From Treponema sp. (GTDB taxonomy: Bacteria; Spirochaetota; Spirochaetia; Treponematales; Treponemataceae): DNA of 64,000 nucleotides. The position numbers were made by a program, and so were the translations under genes. Below are positions 37,759 to 46,538 of the stretch, piece after piece. The DNA is taken from positions 156,585 through 220,584 of the forward strand of contig JAEESZ010000005.1 of the NCBI GenBank assembly GCA_016286535.1, written 5' to 3'. How positions within the stretch are numbered: the first letter of the stretch is position 1; every line of letters begins with the position of its first letter. The notes under the pieces are model-generated. The model saw nothing but the letters and a program-made list of their open reading frames with translations, had not been told where the DNA came from and made no database searches.

Positions 37759-38403
37759 TTACTGATTTTCTTCTTCTACTTTGCTTAATTTTGATTTTCT
37801 GTTATTTGCAATAAATAAACCTGCATAAACGGCTGCACAAACGATTGTAGAAGCAAGGGCTTCGCTCAATTCGCTTGGAAGGCCAAGGCCTACAACTCCA
37901 AGATAACCCATTCCGTCTAAGTTCAAGGTTCTAAGGGCATCACCCATTCTGGCACCATCAAAAATAAAGATACATCCGTAAACCATAAGTGTATGGGCAA
38001 AAGTTGCTGTAAAACCTGTAATGGCAGCAGCAACAGTTCCAGGCATTTTAGGAATGAAGTTTAATAAACGCCAGATTCCCCATGCAACAAGGCCTAAAAG
38101 CATACGTGGTAAAACTGAGTTAAGAGGATTTACAAAGAGTGGGTCTAAAACTGTTCCAGGATGCATGGCAGCCTTAATCAAAGACATAAGTCCCATAATA
38201 AAACCAACAAAGATTCCTTCTGGAAGTCCGGCTAAAGTTGCAGCAAGAATTACCGGAATCTGAAGGATTGTGATTGAAACTACCGGACTAAAGGTAATAA
38301 AACCAAGATTTGTAAAAGTTAAAACAATAACTAAAGCGCTGAAGGCAGCACAAAGGACAAGTCTTCTGACTACTGAAAGTTTTTTATTTTTATTTGTATT
38401 CAT
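37759..38403 (-). CDS. panT: ECF transporter S component, pantothenate-type (PanT-like)
   Basis: A six-TM S-component-like protein immediately downstream of coaX. I prefer the start at 38403 (AGGAG Shine-Dalgarno); the track ORF to 38445 overlaps coaX. Substrate assignment rests on genomic context. Confidence 0.6.
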   Translation of the reverse strand: MNTNKNKKLSVVRRLVLCAAFSALVIVLTFTNLGFITFSPVVSITILQIPVILAATLAGLPEGIFVGFIMGLMSLIKAAMHPGTVLDPLFVNPLNSVLPRMLLGLVAWGIWRLLNFIPKMPGTVAAAITGFTATFAHTLMVYGCIFIFDGARMGDALRTLNLDGMGYLGVVGLGLPSELSEALASTIVCAAVYAGLFIANNRKSKLSKVEEENQ

Positions 38404-38423
38404 TATATATCTCCTGAAAGTAA

Positions 38424-39191
38424 TTAGTTTAAGTTGATGGCGCATTTTACGCCGTATAAAACAAGTTCCGGTACAATCTGATCAAAAAGATTGTAATCAG
38501 AAAAGAGTTTAGAAAAGCCGCCTGTTCCCAGAATAAAAGGTTTTTCACCGTTAAAAATATTATTCTGATACTTGTAGCAGATTTCTTTTATAGAACCGGC
38601 TGTTCCGTAATAAAGTCCAACCTGAATGGCTTCGGTGGTAGTTGAACCAAAAAGGCCTTCTGGTTTTGCAATTTCTACGGAAGGAAGCTTTGCAGTTCCC
38701 GATGCAAGGGCATCGATGGAAATTTTTAGGCCCGGCAGAATAGAACCTCCCAGAAATTCCTTCTGTGCAGAAACCAGTTCCAGAGTGGTAGCGGTTCCCA
38801 TATCAACAATAATCATATTCCTGTCCGGGAATAGATTGATTGCGCCAACTGCGGCAGAAATTAAGTCTGCACCAATTTCTTTTGGATTTGAGTACTTAAT
38901 TTTAAGTCCGGTTTTTATTCCGGCCTGGATAAAGAGGGGGTCTTTTTTCAGATATTTTGCGCATGCACTGGAAAGTGAATAATTTACTGTAGGTACAACG
39001 CTGCATATTCCTATGCGGTCAATGGCCTGCCAGTCAAATCCATTTTCTTTTAGCACACTTCTGATAAAAACGCCGATTTCATCTGAACTTGAGTGGATGT
39101 TAGTTTCCCTTCTGAATTGAAAAACTATTTTGTCACCCTCAAAAAGTCCAAAAGTTGTAGATGTGTTACCTACATCAATTGTTAATACCAT
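38424..39191 (-). CDS. coaX: Type III pantothenate kinase
   Basis: Motifs MVLTIDVGNTSTTFGLF, DMGTATT and GTGG, 255 aa in length. Confidence 0.9.
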   Translation of the reverse strand: MVLTIDVGNTSTTFGLFEGDKIVFQFRRETNIHSSSDEIGVFIRSVLKENGFDWQAIDRIGICSVVPTVNYSLSSACAKYLKKDPLFIQAGIKTGLKIKYSNPKEIGADLISAAVGAINLFPDRNMIIVDMGTATTLELVSAQKEFLGGSILPGLKISIDALASGTAKLPSVEIAKPEGLFGSTTTEAIQVGLYYGTAGSIKEICYKYQNNIFNGEKPFILGTGGFSKLFSDYNLFDQIVPELVLYGVKCAINLN

Positions 39192-39346
39192 AACGAGTAC
39201 CTGTCCTCCTAAGGATCAAGTCTTTTGAAGAGCTTTTAGATTTGGAATCAGTCCCCGAGCGGGTGATTGTTCCGCATATAAAATACATTTAAAAAGCATT
39301 TTGTGCAATGTACCTTGTTTGCTGGGCAGGTGAATAATTACAACTG

Positions 39347-39549
39347 GCGCGAGGGAGCGAAGCGTGGGCAAAAAAAATATACATAAAAATGCGAAAGCAA
39401 GGTTCGGATTTTGCGGAGCGTTGAAGCCGATGGTGTAGATTCTTTCTGTTGTTATGACACAAAGTGAGCTTTGCGAACGACGAGGCTTCTCGGCGGAGCA
39501 TAAATTCGGTTCTTGCGAAAGCATTTTTATTAAAAAGATATTCCTTTGC
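39347..39549 (-). repeat. Right arm of the ~200-bp inverted repeat flanking panT-coaX
   Basis: Reverse complement of 37499-37700 (see that entry). The track ORFs across this region are artefacts of the repeat. Confidence 0.8.
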
Positions 39550-39628
39550 TCCGCGCATAAGCGACCGGGAGCCAGTTTGCAGATGTAACCTGGCGTACAA
39601 AATACGCTCAGCTAGCTGGCCCTTCAGC

Positions 39629-39661
39629 GCCATTGAAACGGGAACGAATCTGTTTTTACAA
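39629..39661 (+). repeat. 33-nt module gccattgaaacgggaacGaatctgtttttacaa (copy 2)
   Basis: Direct repeat of 37699-37731. In addition, accttgtttgc[t/g]gggca occurs at 39312-39328 and 39670-39686. Confidence 0.75.
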
Positions 39662-39707
39662 CTACAAATACCTTGTTTGCGGGGCAAAAAGTTTTTACAA
39701 TATATCT

Positions 39708-40346
39708 ATGAATTGTGAATCATCTTGCTGCGTAATTATCAGTGCTGCAGAAATCAAAAACTATAAAAAGATAAAGACCTTTATTTCCGGTAAAGCTTTT
39801 ATTATTGCCTGTGACGGGGGCTTAAAGCATTTAAAAAAGCTTGGCCTAAAGGCAGACCTTATAATCGGTGATTTTGATTCTTTTAAAGGCTGGCTTCCCC
39901 GCGGCGTAGAAACCATCAGTCTTCCCTGCGAAAAGGATGATACGGACACTTTTTTTGCCGTAAAGGAAGGCTTAAAAAGAGGCTTTAGAAATTTTATTCT
40001 GACCGGAGTTATTGGCCAGCGTTTTGACCACTCTTTGTGTAATCTTTCTGCCCTGCTTTTTTTGTTTCAGAAAGGGGCTAAAGCAAAAATCATAGATGAT
40101 TATTCTTCTATGGAAGTTGCAGCTTCGCAGCCTGTAGAAATTTCTTATGATGAATGTTCTTATTTTTCTTTAATGTGTCTGAGTGGTCCTGCAGAAGATA
40201 TTACAATTACAAATGCAAAGTATCCTCTGGAAAAGGGAAAAATCAGTCCGGATTATCAATATGGAATAAGCAATGAGGTTTTAAAAAATAAAAAGGCATC
40301 GGTTACGGTTGGTAAGGGATGCCTTTGTTTAATAAAAATCTGGTGA
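39708..40346 (+). CDS. Thiamine pyrophosphokinase
   Basis: Motifs IIACDGGLKHL and DLIIGDFDS, followed by DDTD and GQRFDH. The start at 39708 is preferred; the upstream part of the track ORF lies in repeat DNA. Confidence 0.8.
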   Translation: MNCESSCCVIISAAEIKNYKKIKTFISGKAFIIACDGGLKHLKKLGLKADLIIGDFDSFKGWLPRGVETISLPCEKDDTDTFFAVKEGLKRGFRNFILTGVIGQRFDHSLCNLSALLFLFQKGAKAKIIDDYSSMEVAASQPVEISYDECSYFSLMCLSGPAEDITITNAKYPLEKGKISPDYQYGISNEVLKNKKASVTVGKGCLCLIKIW

Positions 40347-40362
40347 TTTTTATCTGGTATTT

Positions 40363-41607
40363 TTAGTTGAAGCGTTTGTCTTCAATACGTTTTGTTTTCT
40401 TTTCTGAACGAGGAAGTTCACCAATTCCAACAACTTCTACATCTGGAGTAAGGTTGTACTTCTGTTTGAAGTTGTACTTAATTCCTAAGGCAACTTCTGC
40501 ACGGTCTACACCAGGTTCTACTTCTACGAAGACTGTCATCTTGTCTTTTCCGTCCTGGTGTTCAATTGTAACTCTGTATTCACTTGAAGTTCCAGGAACT
40601 GCTTTAATTACATCTTCAACTGTACTTGGGAAAAGAATGTTTCCTTTTACCTTGAACATATCATCTGAGCGGCCAAGAATCTGGCTGATACGTGGATAAG
40701 AACGGCCACAAGGACATTTTTCTGTAACAAAAGAAGCCAGATCATGAGTTCGGAAGCGGAATAATGGAGCACCTTCCTTAACTAAAGTTGTAAGGCAGAT
40801 TTCTCCAATCTGTCCTTCTGGAACCGGCTTTCCTGTTTCAGGATCAAGAATTTCAAGGTAAACATAATCATCAAAAATATGAATACCTGCATCAGATTTA
40901 TCGCAGTTAATACCAATTCCCGGTCCGTAACATTCTGTAAGGCCATAAATATCATAAAGTTCAATGCCAAGAATATTTTTAATTCTGTTACGCATTTTAT
41001 CGCCCCAGCGTTCAGAACCGATAATACCTTTTTTAAGGTGAATATTATTCATTAAACCACGCTGTTCAACCTGTTCAGCGAGCAGAAGGGCATAAGAAGA
41101 GGTTGCACAAATTACAGTTGATTTTAAATCCTGCATCATCTGTAACTGTTTTTCTGTATTACCAGGACCCATTGGAATAGCCATAGCACCAAGTCGTTCA
41201 CAGCCAGCCTGGAAACCAATACCTGCAGTCCAAAGGCCATAGCCTGGTGTAATCTGGATTCTATCTTTTTTAGTTATGCCGGCTAATTCGTAGCAGCGGG
41301 CAAACATAATAGACCAGTCTTCAACGTCTTTTGCAGTATAAGGAACTACAACAGGAGCGCCAGTTGTTCCCGAAGAAGAGTGAATTCTTACAATTTCCTC
41401 TTCTGGTACGGCTGCCAGTCCAAGTGGATAAGCTTCTCTTAAATCCTGCTTTGAGCAGAAAGGAACCAGTTCTTCGAAAGATTTCTGATCTTTAATATCG
41501 TCAGGATTTACATTCTTAAAGCGCTCTGTATAAAAAGGATTTCCACAGGCTTTTACACGTCTAACCTGTGCTCTAATTTGTTCTAATTGTTTTTCTGTTA
41601 ATTGCAT
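40363..41607 (-). CDS. paaK: Phenylacetate--CoA ligase family (PaaK-like aryl-acetate CoA ligase)
   Basis: Motifs NPFY, KQDLREAYP, HSSSGTTGAPVVV and YGLTE, 414 aa in length. Confidence 0.85.
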   Translation of the reverse strand: MQLTEKQLEQIRAQVRRVKACGNPFYTERFKNVNPDDIKDQKSFEELVPFCSKQDLREAYPLGLAAVPEEEIVRIHSSSGTTGAPVVVPYTAKDVEDWSIMFARCYELAGITKKDRIQITPGYGLWTAGIGFQAGCERLGAMAIPMGPGNTEKQLQMMQDLKSTVICATSSYALLLAEQVEQRGLMNNIHLKKGIIGSERWGDKMRNRIKNILGIELYDIYGLTECYGPGIGINCDKSDAGIHIFDDYVYLEILDPETGKPVPEGQIGEICLTTLVKEGAPLFRFRTHDLASFVTEKCPCGRSYPRISQILGRSDDMFKVKGNILFPSTVEDVIKAVPGTSSEYRVTIEHQDGKDKMTVFVEVEPGVDRAEVALGIKYNFKQKYNLTPDVEVVGIGELPRSEKKTKRIEDKRFN

Positions 41608-41621
41608 GTCACAACTCCTAA

Positions 41622-41660
41622 GTTACTATTTATAGTAACACCAAAAATGAGTGATGTCAA
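41622..41660 (-). promoter_or_regulatory. paaK promoter with overlapping 18-bp palindromic operator
   Basis: On the minus strand: TTGACA (41660-41655), a 17-nt spacer, TACTAT (41637-41632). The operator GTTACT-ATAAAT-AGTAAC (41639-41622) overlaps the -10 element. An AGGAG Shine-Dalgarno and the ATG at 41607 follow. Confidence 0.55.
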
Positions 41661-41672
41661 ATATAAATTCAA

Positions 41673-42842
41673 TTATTTGGGATTAATTGTCATGGTAGAG
41701 TAGTCCATAACATAAGTGTAGGGCGCTTTTTCCCAGGTATCTAAGTCAAAATAGGTATAAGAGTCATTTCCGTACATAAAATAAATACGACTGCCACGTA
41801 ACCATTCATTTTCTGTTGCCCAGATATCAATACGGTCACTAACACGTTCTACTTCGAGAGTATCAGTATTTATCTGATATACATAAACACAATAGTAATT
41901 TGTTATGTTCGATTTACCAAAACACTCAATATATAATTTATCTTTGTATAAAAAACCGCTTGGCAAATAACCATCATCTATATCTTCGGGAAAACTGTAA
42001 CTCTTTTCTGAAATCAGATTTCCTGTTTCGGAACTATATTTTCTTATAATGCTTTCATAATCATTTACAACTGAAGACTGAAATAAGATTCCGTTCTTTA
42101 CAGCAATGACTTTATCAGTACCATGGCTTTTAAAATTAATTACATCGTCTATCGTGTAATTATTGCAGTCGATTTTTGCCAGATATCGTAAATTTTCGAA
42201 TTGTCTGTCTTTTTTCTCGTAAGAAATCCAAAGATAACCATTATCATCTTCAATTGGAAATGTTATATCTGATTCTGTTTCAAATCTAATTTTATCTTTC
42301 AGAAGAATTTCTTTTTCTGCATCAAAGAAGCTGCAGGTTGTTTGTGGATAATTTTCATAGTAATCAAACATAATACCTTTTTCTCCTTTAAAAAAGGATG
42401 GTTCTATGTAACTATGTACATCACTTGTGTCGTAAATTGTAACTTTGTTTGAATCAGGACTTATACAGCCTACAACTCCACCATAAGATGATGAATAATA
42501 TTTCTTTGGAGAGGTGCCTAATTCTATAGCTCTTTTCATTACAGAGCCAGGATTGCTTGGGTAATAAACCCAGTCAAAAATAGTATCGGTCTCCCAGTCT
42601 ATAACCACAAAAACGTTACCCCTGTTATAAGATACTCCGTCCAGGCAGGGAAGTCCTAAAAAGGTCTTTTCCCACATAACATCTGCAATTATAACAAGAG
42701 GGTCATTTAAATGTTCAAAGTTCTTTATAGTTGTTTTTCCGGTAACCTTTCCGTCATCCCAGTAAGGTATGCAGGAAGAAAATAAAAAGAATATGGAAAT
42801 AAGGAAAAGTCTGCAGATAAATTTATAAAAATTATTTTTCAT
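41673..42842 (-). CDS. Beta-rich lipoprotein partner (module copy B3, diverged)
   Basis: Lipobox FSSC. It is homologous to B1/B2: LNDPLVII...VFVVIDWETDTIFDWVYY...SPKKYY versus LNDPIVVN...MFVIYDWESDEIYDWVFY...NPKYY, and RGSRIYFMY...YFDLDTWE versus RGTRIYFLN...YFDVETKE. The ATG at 42842 is preferred. Confidence 0.6.
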   Translation of the reverse strand: MKNNFYKFICRLFLISIFFLFSSCIPYWDDGKVTGKTTIKNFEHLNDPLVIIADVMWEKTFLGLPCLDGVSYNRGNVFVVIDWETDTIFDWVYYPSNPGSVMKRAIELGTSPKKYYSSSYGGVVGCISPDSNKVTIYDTSDVHSYIEPSFFKGEKGIMFDYYENYPQTTCSFFDAEKEILLKDKIRFETESDITFPIEDDNGYLWISYEKKDRQFENLRYLAKIDCNNYTIDDVINFKSHGTDKVIAVKNGILFQSSVVNDYESIIRKYSSETGNLISEKSYSFPEDIDDGYLPSGFLYKDKLYIECFGKSNITNYYCVYVYQINTDTLEVERVSDRIDIWATENEWLRGSRIYFMYGNDSYTYFDLDTWEKAPYTYVMDYSTMTINPK

Positions 42843-42852
42843 ATACACTTCC

Positions 42853-44055
42853 TTATTTATTTACGTATGTATTTATAACTTTAATCTTTGAAGACTTTGC
42901 AAGTTCTTTTGGAGTGACCCACCAGCCTTCGTTTTCAAGGATATAATCTTTAGAAACTCCTTTCCAGGCTAAATAAACTAATTGAGAACAGTATATTCCT
43001 TTTTCTGTGCTATCGTGACCATGGAATAAAGAATAGTTTTTTCCATAATACTTTTTTGCACATTCTACAGCCTTCAGACATTCTTCAAGACTTGCCCTGT
43101 CATCTACACTGTTTTGCTCATTTAATTCTCCATCATCATAGACAAGATTCTGTTTTTTTACATAGTAGACAGAGACAGTTTTTGCAGAACTTCCGGCATT
43201 TCCTGCCCAGTAACCTACGGGCTCATCCTGTACGCCATCTATTTTTCCTTCCCACTGTCCACCTTTTCCTAATGGGCTAGATGTAATTGAAAGTTTTAAT
43301 AAAGCATTCTTTTGAAAATCGTCATTCCATTTCCCAGTTTTTATCAGAGCAGCATGACCTTTACCTCCCCTTCCATTAGAACTATTATCAGGAGTAATCA
43401 GTATAAGTCCGCTGCCCTGTGGATCTTCTTCCTCCTCATATTTTTGAAAACAATTCCTTAAGGCATTCATTGATTCTAGTACTCCAGAATCTTTTTTAAT
43501 CGGATCTTTTTTGTTTGCTTTTCTTGATGTACTTTCTGGCTCATTAAGACTAGAATATTTATCAATATTTTCAAAATATTTAGACATAAAGTTCTCATAA
43601 TTTTTCAGTGCAGAACGTGAAGCTGTACTGTAAGTTTCTTCAAAAGCTGCAAGATCTACAAGAAGAAGTTCCCTAAATACAGGGTCTTCTTCAAGTTTGT
43701 TTTCAATCTCTTTGCTTCTGAACTTTTTCCAGGCCTCTGTGAATCTGGCTTTTTCATTGTTGTCTAAATCGAGAAAGGATTTTTCTGTATTATTTTCATC
43801 AAAGAAAGTTATTTCATTTAAAAATTCTGGATAAGTGTAAGCTGCTCTTGCAGAATTTTCTATTGCATCTAATCGCCACATATTTTCGATTTCTTTTTCT
43901 GCAAGTTCATGGCTGGAAAGATTTTCCATAACCTGAAGATATGTAAAATCGGTTCTTTGCGGGGTCTTTACTGTAACTGAGTTTTTGCATGATAATAACA
44001 GTAAAACGTTTAATAAAGATGTTAAAATAAAAAGATTTTTAATTTGGTGTTTCAT
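42853..44055 (-). CDS. Lipoprotein with YiiX/YaeF-like permuted papain-fold hydrolase domain (module copy A3, diverged)
   Basis: Lipobox LLLSC. Motifs GKGHAALI ... IDGVQDEPVGYW ... YYGKNYSLF ... GIYCSQLVYLAW. The N-domain aligns with A1/A2 (NSARAAYTYPEFLNEITFFDENN versus VNARALTEESYPDILYETIITDEND). Confidence 0.65.
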   Translation of the reverse strand: MKHQIKNLFILTSLLNVLLLLSCKNSVTVKTPQRTDFTYLQVMENLSSHELAEKEIENMWRLDAIENSARAAYTYPEFLNEITFFDENNTEKSFLDLDNNEKARFTEAWKKFRSKEIENKLEEDPVFRELLLVDLAAFEETYSTASRSALKNYENFMSKYFENIDKYSSLNEPESTSRKANKKDPIKKDSGVLESMNALRNCFQKYEEEEDPQGSGLILITPDNSSNGRGGKGHAALIKTGKWNDDFQKNALLKLSITSSPLGKGGQWEGKIDGVQDEPVGYWAGNAGSSAKTVSVYYVKKQNLVYDDGELNEQNSVDDRASLEECLKAVECAKKYYGKNYSLFHGHDSTEKGIYCSQLVYLAWKGVSKDYILENEGWWVTPKELAKSSKIKVINTYVNK

Positions 44056-44099
44056 AAATTTTCTCCTATATTTTTAATTATAATATTTTGTTATAAATA

Positions 44100-44128
44100 A
44101 TCTTATTATTTTTTTTCTTTCCTGTCAA
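44100..44128 (-). promoter_or_regulatory. Candidate promoter of the A3-B3 operon
   Basis: On the minus strand: TTGACA (44128-44123), a 17-nt spacer, TAAGAT (44105-44100), about 45 nt upstream of the A3 ATG. Confidence 0.4.
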
Positions 44129-44146
44129 ATTTCTTAAAAATTCCCA

Positions 44147-44203
44147 TTGACAAAGTTTTTATCCTCTGTTACTGTAAATAGTAACGTTACTACAAATAGA
44201 AAC
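44147..44203 (+). promoter_or_regulatory. trpP-ecf promoter with two tandem 18-bp palindromic operators
   Basis: TTGACA (44147-44152), a 17-nt spacer, TACTGT (44170-44175). Operator 1 is GTTACT-GTAAAT-AGTAAC (44168-44185) and operator 2 is GTTACT-ACAAAT-AGAAAC (44186-44203). The architecture matches the paaK promoter. Confidence 0.55.
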
Positions 44204-44250
44204 AGACGCAAAAAGGTGAAAGTTAAAAATCAATTGCGCAGGAGAAAAAA

Positions 44251-44847
44251 ATGGAAAAAAGAGAATTAAAGGTTGAAGAAAAGAAAGGAATCCCATTACA
44301 GGATTTATTATTAACTGCAGTTTTATTGGCTGCCGGTGCAGTATTAAAATTTTTTGTAGGCCAGTTTGTAAACTTCTTTGGTATGAAGCCAAACTTTATT
44401 ATTGCAATGTATTGTATGATTATTGTTCTTTTAAGACCAAAAATCTGGTACAGCATTATCGTTGGTCTTCTTGCCGGTGCTATCTGTCAGTTTTTCCCTG
44501 GAACAGTAGGTTTGAACTTTGCTTCTGAACTTGCAGGTGCTCTTTGTATGGGCTTATTAATTATGATTCCAGCAAAAAACAGACCTGTAGAAATTGTTCT
44601 TGCCGCTGTAAGCACTTTCCTTAGTACTATTGTTTCCGGCGGTTTATTTACAGTCCTCCTTTTTGTATTTATCAAATCAGATCCAAGTGCTATGGCAGCC
44701 TATGTTCCAATCGTTTTAGGAACAGCAACTTTAAATGCAATAATCGTTGCTCTTTTATATGTTCCTCTTATGAAGGCAACAAAAAGACCTTTTGTTTGCG
44801 ATAAATATGCCACAGCAGAAGCTGCAGAAGAAGTTGTAGAAGAATAG
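44251..44847 (+). CDS. trpP: ECF transporter S component, TrpP-like (putative tryptophan transporter)
   Basis: A 198-aa six-TM protein. FFGMKPNFIIAMYCMIIVLLRP resembles the B. subtilis TrpP/YhaG segment FLGGMKPDMMLIMMFMGILLFP as I recall it. It heads an ecfA-ecfA'-ecfT operon. Confidence 0.55.
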   Translation: MEKRELKVEEKKGIPLQDLLLTAVLLAAGAVLKFFVGQFVNFFGMKPNFIIAMYCMIIVLLRPKIWYSIIVGLLAGAICQFFPGTVGLNFASELAGALCMGLLIMIPAKNRPVEIVLAAVSTFLSTIVSGGLFTVLLFVFIKSDPSAMAAYVPIVLGTATLNAIIVALLYVPLMKATKRPFVCDKYATAEAAEEVVEE

Positions 44848-44863
44848 GAAGTAAGGAATAAAA

Positions 44864-45727
44864 ATGATAGAGATACAGGAGCTTACCTTTAAGTACAAGG
44901 ATTCAAAAAAGAATGCACTTGAAAACATATCTTTAGATATTCAAAAGGGTGATTTTGTAGGAATAATCGGTGAATCGGGAGCAGGAAAAACCACTTTTTG
45001 TAACTGCTTAAACGGACTTATTCCACATCATTATAACGGAGATTTTTACGGCTCTGTAAAAATTGAAGGTGAAGATACTTTTGAAATTAAGCCGGATAAG
45101 CTTGCCTTAAAGGTAGGATCTGTATTTCAGGATATTGAAAGTCAGATTGTCAGTTATTTTGTAGAAGATGAAATTCTTTTTGGGCTGGAAAATTTTGGAG
45201 TTCCAAAGGAAGAAATTGAGGGCCGGATTACTTCAGCTTTACAGGCCCTTGGTATAGAAGATTTACGCCACAGAGAAATCTCTACTTTAAGCGGCGGTCA
45301 GAAACAGAAGGTTGTAATAGCAGCCATTGTTGCCCTTGAGCCTGATTATTTAATCTTAGATGAACCAACCGGAGAACTGGACCCGGCTTCATCTTTGCAG
45401 ATTTTTGAATTATTAAAAAAGTTAAACGAAGAAAAGGGAATTACTGTAATTATTGCTGAGCAGAAAATCATGCTTCTTTGTGAGTTTGTAAAAAAACTCC
45501 TTGTTCTGGAAAAAGGTACTGTCGTTCATTATGGAGAAATCCGCAGCACCCTTACTCATCAGAAAGAAATGGAAGAAGCCGGAATAAACTGCCCCAGAGT
45601 TTTAACCCTTACCGGCAGAATGGTAGAAGAAAAGCTGACTCCAGCCGATTTAAAAAATGAAGACAGAATTTGTTTGAATGCAGAGGAAGCTGCAGCCTTT
45701 GTAAAAAAATATGCCGGAGGAAGATAA
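44864..45727 (+). CDS. ecfA: ECF transporter ATPase EcfA
   Basis: Walker A GESGAGKTT, signature LSGGQKQK and Walker B LILDEPT. Confidence 0.85.
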   Translation: MIEIQELTFKYKDSKKNALENISLDIQKGDFVGIIGESGAGKTTFCNCLNGLIPHHYNGDFYGSVKIEGEDTFEIKPDKLALKVGSVFQDIESQIVSYFVEDEILFGLENFGVPKEEIEGRITSALQALGIEDLRHREISTLSGGQKQKVVIAAIVALEPDYLILDEPTGELDPASSLQIFELLKKLNEEKGITVIIAEQKIMLLCEFVKKLLVLEKGTVVHYGEIRSTLTHQKEMEEAGINCPRVLTLTGRMVEEKLTPADLKNEDRICLNAEEAAAFVKKYAGGR

Positions 45728-46536
45728 TGAGCGACGTAATGCTTGAGTTCAGAGATGTAGCCTTTTCCTACAATACAACTGCAAATGTGCAGAATCTTAA
45801 CGTAGAAATTAAAAAGGGTGATTTTGTTGCCATTATTGGTTCTAACGGAGCCGGAAAATCAACCTTTTCTAAATTGTCTAACGGCCTTTTAACACCAAGC
45901 CAGGGAGATGTTCTTGTGCTTGGAGAAAATACCCGCCAGAAAAAAGTAAGCGACCTTGCAAAGCATATCGGCTTCTTGTTTCAGAATCCTGACCGTCAGA
46001 TTTGCTGCGATACAGTAGAAGAAGAAATTGCCTTCAGCTTAAAGAATAATGGCCTTGATAAAGAAGAAATAAAAAAACGTGTAGAAAAAACTATAGAAGA
46101 ATTCGGTTTTGATCCAAAGATTGAACCTTACAATATGAGCCGGGGCCAGAGACAGCGCCTTTGTCTTGCCTGTTTAATTGCCCTGAATCCAGAAATCTTA
46201 ATTTTAGATGAACCAACTACCGGTCTTGACTACCGCGAATGCATGGAAATTATGAACAAAATAAAGGCCTTGAACGCGCAGGGAACCACCGTAATTATGG
46301 TCTGCCACGACATGGAAGTTGTCCTTGATTTTGCAAAAAGCATAATCGTGATGACTGCCGGACATATTATTGGTCAGGGGCCGACGAGAGAAATCTTACA
46401 GGACAAAGAGCTCTTAGACAGGGCAAGACTGTTACAGCCACAGATTGCGGCTACCTGTTCTTTGCTGGGACCTGAATATAAAGGCATTTTTACAGTTGAA
46501 GAAATGATTGCAAAACTTAAAGAGGTAAGGGGATAA
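45727..46536 (+). CDS. ecfA: ECF transporter ATPase EcfA'
   Basis: Walker A GSNGAGKST, a variant signature MSRGQRQR and Walker B LILDEPT. The ATG overlaps the upstream stop (TAATG). Confidence 0.85.
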   Translation: MSDVMLEFRDVAFSYNTTANVQNLNVEIKKGDFVAIIGSNGAGKSTFSKLSNGLLTPSQGDVLVLGENTRQKKVSDLAKHIGFLFQNPDRQICCDTVEEEIAFSLKNNGLDKEEIKKRVEKTIEEFGFDPKIEPYNMSRGQRQRLCLACLIALNPEILILDEPTTGLDYRECMEIMNKIKALNAQGTTVIMVCHDMEVVLDFAKSIIVMTAGHIIGQGPTREILQDKELLDRARLLQPQIAATCSLLGPEYKGIFTVEEMIAKLKEVRG

Positions 46537-46538
46537 AT

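Noticed and set aside
37523-39718. Track ORFs 37523-37765, 39216-39524, 39289-39687 and 39464-39718, which share a peptide (LRREASSFAKLTLC...CFRIFMYIF).
   Set aside because: They lie entirely in the inverted-repeat DNA, overlap each other on both strands, lack a ribosome-binding site, and their similarity is simply the repeat read in one frame. A GGTTCGGATT string in the repeat resembles a tRNA T-arm, but no cloverleaf can be drawn.
44159-44456. Track ORFs 44159-44392 and 44223-44456 (minus strand) across the trpP promoter and 5' end.
   Set aside because: They overlap a well-supported plus-strand promoter, operator and S-component gene, and have no ribosome-binding site or recognisable features.
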